Shown here in pieces: positions 54,300 to 59,081 of a stretch of 59,081 nt of DNA (positions within the stretch are counted from its first letter, which is position 1; every line of letters begins with the position of its first letter). Under the pieces are notes generated by a model. The model was not told the origin of the DNA and made no database searches. It worked only from the letters and a program-made list of their open reading frames with translations. Source of the DNA: an uncultured Flavobacteriales bacterium (GTDB lineage Bacteria; Bacteroidota; Bacteroidia; Flavobacteriales_D; Sanyastnellaceae); the NCBI GenBank assembly GCA_963934215.1, contig CAWVYB010000001.1, forward strand, positions 1 to 59,081. Direction: 5' to 3'. Both the position numbers and the translations under genes were made by a program.

Positions 54300-55147
54300 T
54301 CGGTAATCTGGCGCATTTCAAAATCAGCTCGAATCCGATTTTCAGACACACGACAGAGGTCCTTCCGATTCATTGATTCTTCTTTAATCTGATCGTTTCC
54401 AATAGTCTCTAAGACGTGAACTTCGATTTGAATCCGACGCACGCGTAGCATATTGTAAACGTAACTCACCACCGACCCTTTGTCAGCGGTGTAGACAAAA
54501 ACATCAAGGTCAGTCTTCGATACAGGTTTGCCGTTCGCCTTGGTGTATTGAAATGTCAAGGGTGTAATCCCAGCGTTAGAAGCCGTTGCTATTTGAAAGA
54601 ATGAGGAGTGAAATGGGAGCATTTTAAACCCATTGTTGGACTGTCCTTCTGGAAAAAAACCTACGTTAATTTTGGACTGACCAACCATATGAATGGCTGG
54701 TTCTAAGACCTCTTTGATGGATCGCTGACGGGAACGATTCACAAAGACAAAGCCCAATTGCTCCATCACCCATCCGACACCTTTGACTCCTCTGATATCT
54801 GTGTTGGAAATGACCATGCACGGTGACAAGGCCATGAGCATGAGAGAATCGATGACTCCTTGGTGATGACAGACCACCAATTGCTGCTCATGATTGATCT
54901 GTCCGATAACATGCATGCGTACACCAATCACCCGCATCAAGATTTTGGAAGCTGGATAGATGATCCAACGTGTGTTGAAACGAACAAACCGATGCCGCGC
55001 AAAAGGCAACGTCAATAGCCGTAATACAACACCCGCGAGCAACATCAAGGATGCAATGCACACAATGGCTGATATTCTCAAAGTCGGTAGAATGTGCCCA
55101 GAGAGGTCTTCAGATAAAGGCCGATGAGAAGTGGCTGAATGGGACAT
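54290..55147 (-). CDS. 1-acyl-sn-glycerol-3-phosphate (lysophospholipid) acyltransferase, PlsC family
   Basis: N-terminal TM helix, HX4D motif VCHHQGVIDSL, FVNRS, FFPEGQSNNG (the FPEG block). Confidence 0.8.
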   Translation of the reverse strand: MSHSATSHRPLSEDLSGHILPTLRISAIVCIASLMLLAGVVLRLLTLPFARHRFVRFNTRWIIYPASKILMRVIGVRMHVIGQINHEQQLVVCHHQGVIDSLMLMALSPCMVISNTDIRGVKGVGWVMEQLGFVFVNRSRQRSIKEVLEPAIHMVGQSKINVGFFPEGQSNNGFKMLPFHSSFFQIATASNAGITPLTFQYTKANGKPVSKTDLDVFVYTADKGSVVSYVYNMLRVRRIQIEVHVLETIGNDQIKEESMNRKDLCRVSENRIRADFEMRQITDYA

Positions 55148-55429
55148 GTTTCTGTTTTTTGGATGTCCTGATTTTCAATCTAGTTACGAATAGTGAAGAT
55201 GAAAACGGTATAAATATGTTCCAATATAGTCCGGTTTTTTGTAGCCTAAATTCAATGAGGAGTTTTGAGTGAATTGTATTCTATTTAGAATTAGCCAGTT
55301 AGTAATCCAAAGATGTACGCATCTGGAGCGTGGCTCGTATCCGCTCGTTGAGGAGACACTATTACACAAAGGCACATCACGATTCAAACGAATTTGAAAT
55401 CATAGATGCTCCTCAAGTAGGTGGAATGG

Positions 55430-55449
55430 AAAAAACCAGTGCTCATTGG
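55430..55449 (-). terminator. Weak candidate terminator downstream of CotH paralog 3
   Basis: On the minus strand, CCAATGAGCACTGG (a 5-6 bp stem) is followed by TTTTTT. It lies 55 nt after the stop at 55504. Confidence 0.3.
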
Positions 55450-55503
55450 CCGCGTGATTTCTATCGATTAAACTTTCCTTCAGAGGTTCCACAGAAGTGG
55501 TGC

Positions 55504-57414
55504 TCAGCGCACCAGGAGTCTCTTTGTGGATAGCGAATGCGCTTCTTTAACCTGAACCAGATAGACTCCGGGTGACCATCCGCTAATGTCTACTGGGATG
55601 CCATCCCAATTTTGTTGGATTTTCATCCTTCCTTGGGGGTCAAAAACGGTAATGGGAGCTAATGGCTCGCAATGCTGCAATGAAAACCAATTGGATGCGG
55701 GATTGGGTGCAATGGTCCAATCGAATGCTGTTGTGTTTGCTTGAAAGAGGTCGTCATCAATGCCGGTGCCCGTTCCGTACAGGTAGTATTCGTATTCGGC
55801 ACGTTGCGGCGACAAACTCATGGCTTCAGAATTGGTTGCGCTGACGTAAAACTTGATGTTTTCACTGCTGAAAGAAGGCAGGCCAACCGAGTAAATCCCA
55901 TCCAAAGCATACGCATCTCCCTGTGTCCCGTCATCGACCATGGTGACGGATTGAAAATGACTTGCAATGTCTCCGGTACAATAGCGCAACTGAACTTCTT
56001 CTGCACCGAAGACAGAAACAGATAGTACGTCGTTGCTAACGTCGGGAGAGCCCACGACGGGCGCTGTTTCAGAAATTTCGGGGTTGTCATAGAGAAATTC
56101 CATGCGCGCTTCGACCGTACTCAAAATCCCGCCAAACCCCCAATTCCCCCACCATAGCGATTCATTCACGTTGGAGGTAAACTGTGGCATTCCAAACAGA
56201 CCGTTGTTGTCAGCGGCAGCATCAGCGTATGCAAGGCTTTGAAATGCATCAATATCGGCTTGTATCTCATCCGTGTTCATCGACTCTTCCATGATCGTGC
56301 GGATGTGTGCGATGTACTGCATTCGATACGTCGGATGATTAAAAAGATATTCTGTGAGTGGCCTGTTGTCTGCGGCGTCCCAACCGGTCCAAAATGGATC
56401 GAATTCGTACACTTCGTTAGGGTTCCAATAGCTCCAGCCCATGATGGCACCCACAAAGGAATTGTCAAAATCCCAAGGTATCATTTGGAACCGCTGTTCG
56501 CTGTCCTGGTAGAGATAGTAATTGTGCACGTAATATCCGTTGTACGTATCCAAGTTGCTCACGACAGTATTCACCGCCATCGCCCAGAGGAACCGGTCAA
56601 TATTGAGCACGTCTGAAAGGGATTCGGGGTCGAATTCCAAAGTCGAGATGAGGTCCATTAAACCTTCCCATCCGTTATCAGACTTGATGGTATAGCTGTC
56701 ATAATAGGTTGCCGAGTCCGCTCCTAAGTAAGCGAATGTGGGGTCACCGCCTTCCGTGCCGTCTCCTCCGTTGATTCCACAAAACACGCCTGCGCCATCT
56801 CCTTTAAATAGCGCTCCATCGTTTTCGCCAAAGTGCTTGCTCAAAAATTGTCTATTGATGGATTCTGTATTCACGTACATCCCGGTGTAATTGCCTTGGG
56901 TATGCAGTGGAATCAAATTGATTTCAGGGGTGGGAAGGTATTTCCGATAGATGCGACTCGCGATGTACTCCTTGCAGTAAGTCGGGTCGAACCAGGCATT
57001 GGCCAACTTGACCTTGTTGTATTCCATGAGTTTTTGTCCCGAAATCCAGTAGTTCATATCCAGGTTATAAGGCACCTTGACACTGCCTTGCTCGTGCGGC
57101 AAGCAGAAAGTAGAATTCCCTTTGTAACGAACGCCGACACTGTCCAAAACGATGCCGTCAAATGTCACGGTAGCCGGAAGTCGAAACGACGGGTCGGTGA
57201 AAAATGACTCGCCTAAAAGATCATTGTATGCAGGGTCTTCGAAATCGATGTGCAGATGACGCAAGTAACTAGGGTCATACAAGCCTCCCGCTGCGTCATA
57301 ATGACTCTGTGGGTCAAATACGGTCAGGTTTTGAGCAGTAATCAGGGCTGGGAGACCCATTAAAAATGAGAAAAATAGAGTTCTCTTACTAAATGCTATC
57401 AACGTCTTCTGCAT
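55504..57414 (-). CDS. T9SS-secreted CotH kinase-family protein (paralog 3)
   Basis: Signal peptide ..LFFSFLMGLPALITAQ. CotH core VTFDGIVLDSVGVRYKGNSTF..VPYNLDMNYW..YNKVKLANAWFDPTYCKEYIASRIY..IPLHTQGNYTGMYVNTESINRQFLSKHFGENDGALFKGD. Sorting domain WTIAPNPASNWFSLQH..GVYLVQVKEAHSLSTKRLLVR. Confidence 0.9.
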   Translation of the reverse strand: MQKTLIAFSKRTLFFSFLMGLPALITAQNLTVFDPQSHYDAAGGLYDPSYLRHLHIDFEDPAYNDLLGESFFTDPSFRLPATVTFDGIVLDSVGVRYKGNSTFCLPHEQGSVKVPYNLDMNYWISGQKLMEYNKVKLANAWFDPTYCKEYIASRIYRKYLPTPEINLIPLHTQGNYTGMYVNTESINRQFLSKHFGENDGALFKGDGAGVFCGINGGDGTEGGDPTFAYLGADSATYYDSYTIKSDNGWEGLMDLISTLEFDPESLSDVLNIDRFLWAMAVNTVVSNLDTYNGYYVHNYYLYQDSEQRFQMIPWDFDNSFVGAIMGWSYWNPNEVYEFDPFWTGWDAADNRPLTEYLFNHPTYRMQYIAHIRTIMEESMNTDEIQADIDAFQSLAYADAAADNNGLFGMPQFTSNVNESLWWGNWGFGGILSTVEARMEFLYDNPEISETAPVVGSPDVSNDVLSVSVFGAEEVQLRYCTGDIASHFQSVTMVDDGTQGDAYALDGIYSVGLPSFSSENIKFYVSATNSEAMSLSPQRAEYEYYLYGTGTGIDDDLFQANTTAFDWTIAPNPASNWFSLQHCEPLAPITVFDPQGRMKIQQNWDGIPVDISGWSPGVYLVQVKEAHSLSTKRLLVR

Positions 57415-57528
57415 GATGTGAAGGTAAAAAAAGGAAGCGAAAGAACGTCTAGAATCGCCTTAATTTGAACGAGTTCAACCTGTGTAGGCGCTTGTAAAAG
57501 GTAATTTCATGAGGCTCAACGTCAATGG

Positions 57529-58209
57529 TTATTCGTGTTGGGTATTGGTTTCAAAGGCATCCTCAAGAGCAGTATGAGATCGAACAAGGCTGTCCAATTG
57601 ATTCAACTTAGCCATGTATACATCGACCTGTCTCTGGCGCAGTTTGATGCGGTCTTTTAGTGCCAATGTTCGAAAGTAGAATTGAAGGTTTGAATAATGT
57701 TGCCGAATGGCTTCATCTTTAAAAAACATCCTGTTTTTTTCGATAGAATGTGTGTCAATAGCCATGTAATTCAAAAAAGGGTGGGCTTCGTTGTAGTAAT
57801 TCATCGCGACACCGTCTACGAGATGATTATTGTCGTCCACTTGTTTGGCTGCGGCTTCATAGTAATCGCGAAGTTTCATGTTGACTTCAACGGGGAAGGA
57901 TTGTATTCGTCCTGAATTGACCAATGACTTGTAGGTAGCATCTACCATGAAAAAGGTGGAATAGTTATAGACATATCCAATGGAGATTAGGCTGTCGGCA
58001 AAGGCGTCATATGCTAGCGTTCCTTCGCGTTGACTTTGAATCACTTCGAGCAACCTCAAAGCCTTGGTATCGCCCTCTAGAATATGGTCGTGGACACGAT
58101 TGAGGCTTTGGTAATCGTGGTCGAAGTCAACCAGGAGGGCATGAATGTCCATTCGGTGCAACCGATCATTTTTCCGATCGGAATTCCATTCATTCATCCA
58201 GAATGACAC
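57529..58209 (-). CDS. Hypothetical protein, DUF6090-like; the N-terminus is probably disrupted, because the TM anchor lies upstream of the annotated GTG and a plausible ATG at 58295 is one frame off
   Basis: Upstream of the GTG at 58209, the same frame stays open and encodes ..KNKKFQPTWAPLVPGFLVVFLGISVSFWMNEWN, a TM helix followed by the WxNxWN motif. That is the usual N-terminus of this Flavobacteriia family as I recall it. The rest of the protein is helical. Confidence 0.55.
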   Translation of the reverse strand: MSFWMNEWNSDRKNDRLHRMDIHALLVDFDHDYQSLNRVHDHILEGDTKALRLLEVIQSQREGTLAYDAFADSLISIGYVYNYSTFFMVDATYKSLVNSGRIQSFPVEVNMKLRDYYEAAAKQVDDNNHLVDGVAMNYYNEAHPFLNYMAIDTHSIEKNRMFFKDEAIRQHYSNLQFYFRTLALKDRIKLRQRQVDVYMAKLNQLDSLVRSHTALEDAFETNTQHE

Positions 58210-58353
58210 GGAAATCCCTAAAAATACAACCAGAAAATCCAGGAACTAAAGGAGCCCAAGTTGGTTGGAACTTCTTGTTTTTAGATGTGTTTTCATTGCG
58301 CTCATTTCACTAGTGAAAGTAGCACTCTAAAAACGAAAAGATGACAGTTCAGA

Positions 58354-59081
58354 TCAAGAACGCTTGTTTCTTTTTAGGCCAAAACTTGGGCGTCCTCCGC
58401 TCGCGCTTCCCGATTTGGAAGAATTGTCGCCACTTGGGCGGTCGGAACTTCGCTTCTTACCATAACTCTCCTTTTTTGGGAAACTGCCAGGACGGTCGGA
58501 GCTGATGCGTTGTCCATAGCTCTCTTTTTTTGGAAAGCTACCAGGACTGTCCGAACGCTTGGGGCGGTCATCCCCGTCAGAATTCCACTTCTTGGTAAAA
58601 CCTTCTTTTTTCTTGTACCCACCTGACCCACCTGACCCACCTGACCCACCTGACCCACCTGAGCGACCCGAACCGCCGTAACCACCCGAGCCACCGCCGC
58701 GGCTATCAGAGTCTCTGCGGTTTCCATAGCCTCCTGAACGGCCGCCATATCCACCGCGACTAAACCCTTCCTTGCGATAAGGCTTATCCGGTTCGGCATT
58801 CGCTCGCTTGTTCAAATCTGTCTTTGAATCCAAGTTGAGACGTTTCATTTCGCCTGCAACGAGGCGTGCAATAAGCTCCTCTCTCGTGAGGTCAGCAAGT
58901 TGCTCATCGACCAGTTCAAGATGTTCGGAAGCGATTCCCACAGCGGCGGGTTGATCGCGCAACTCCGTTGCCCAATTTTTCAGGCGGGTCTGCACGATAG
59001 TCGTCGCGTCTGGAACAAGGATTTGTTCCATGGAAATGTCCAAGTCACGCGAGAAGCGATTGATGTGTCCCTTTTCTTTCT
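58354..59081 (-). CDS. DEAD-box RNA helicase (DeaD/CsdA-like), C-terminal part with a Gly/Arg/Ser-rich tail; the 5' end lies outside the window
   Basis: The frame is open to the window edge (..KEKGHINRFSRDLDISMEQILVPDATTIVQTRLKNWATEL..ELIARLVAGEMKRL), matching the DeaD post-core/dimerisation region. The tail that follows is RGGYGGRSGGYGNRRDSDSRGGGSGGYGGSGRSGGSGGSGGSGGSGGYKKK. Confidence 0.7.
   Translation of the reverse strand, partial: KEKGHINRFSRDLDISMEQILVPDATTIVQTRLKNWATELRDQPAAVGIASEHLELVDEQLADLTREELIARLVAGEMKRLNLDSKTDLNKRANAEPDKPYRKEGFSRGGYGGRSGGYGNRRDSDSRGGGSGGYGGSGRSGGSGGSGGSGGSGGYKKKEGFTKKWNSDGDDRPKRSDSPGSFPKKESYGQRISSDRPGSFPKKESYGKKRSSDRPSGDNSSKSGSASGGRPSFGLKRNKRS
58436..58566. repeat. 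Imperfect 54-nt tandem repeat (about 2.3 copies) encoding SDRPGSFPKKESYG(x)4 in the helicase tail
   Basis: CCATAACTCTCCTTTTTTGGGAAACTGCCAGGACGGTCGGA (58460-58500) compared with CCATAGCTCTCTTTTTTTGGAAAGCTACCAGGACTGTCCGA (58514-58554). Confidence 0.8.
58618..58662. repeat. Perfect 9-nt tandem repeat (ACCTGACCC x4 plus a partial copy) encoding (GGS)n in the helicase tail
   Basis: Read directly from the sequence: 58621-58656 holds four identical 9-mers, flanked by partial copies. Confidence 0.9.

Noticed and set aside
58618-58662. Short perfect direct repeats that could superficially suggest a CRISPR or other repeat array.
   Set aside because: The period is 9 nt with no spacers, and the repeats lie in frame inside a coding Gly/Ser tail. 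No cas genes are present, and no 24-48-nt repeat/spacer structure occurs anywhere in the window.
1-59081. Whether the region is a mobile or horizontally acquired island.
   Set aside because: There is no integrase, transposase, tRNA attachment site, flanking direct repeat or phage/conjugation gene. Housekeeping genes (purT, recQ, helicase) are interspersed. Composition was not computed, so a GC or codon scan would be needed to settle this.

Overview
This 59-kb window reads as a chromosomal segment of a Bacteroidota genome, probably a marine one. Three things support that: a SusC/SusD pair, nine proteins ending in a T9SS (Por) C-terminal sorting domain, and TAnnTTTG -7 promoter boxes about 20 nt upstream of several start codons. 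I saw no rRNA, tRNA, CRISPR array, transposase or integrase. Housekeeping genes I recognise with confidence are purT, recQ, a PlsC-type acyltransferase, TspO, a proline iminopeptidase-type hydrolase, an MsAcT-like SGNH esterase, and the 3' part of a DEAD-box helicase with a Gly/Arg/Ser tail. The accessory content has five parts. (1) A beta-glucan (laminarin-type) PUL: Calx-beta/GH16, GH5 with 2x CBM6, SusC, SusD and a PKD lipoprotein. (2) A putative metal-uptake operon: His-rich membrane protein, TonB-dependent receptor and a two-domain lipoprotein. (3) An ECF sigma / membrane-protein pair translationally coupled to a Cys-rich SprB-repeat lipoprotein. (4) Three secreted CotH-kinase-family paralogs. 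(5) A secreted metallophosphoesterase next to an EEP nuclease. The most unusual item is a 1316-aa T9SS cargo protein (319..4269, minus). It carries a phosphohistidine swivel-like segment directly followed by a complete PPDK_N-type ATP-grasp domain, which is the domain order of glucan water dikinases and so suggests an exported dikinase-like enzyme. Several short cysteine-framed or Ca-binding-like modules recur across otherwise unrelated secreted proteins here: a dockerin-like motif, a DSYGDGW-type module, a C-x-D-x-x-A-x-N-[YF] knot and a WDCPxLxxNIGDxC motif. All functional calls rest on motif recognition by eye, with no database search, so family names are hypotheses to confirm with HMM searches.
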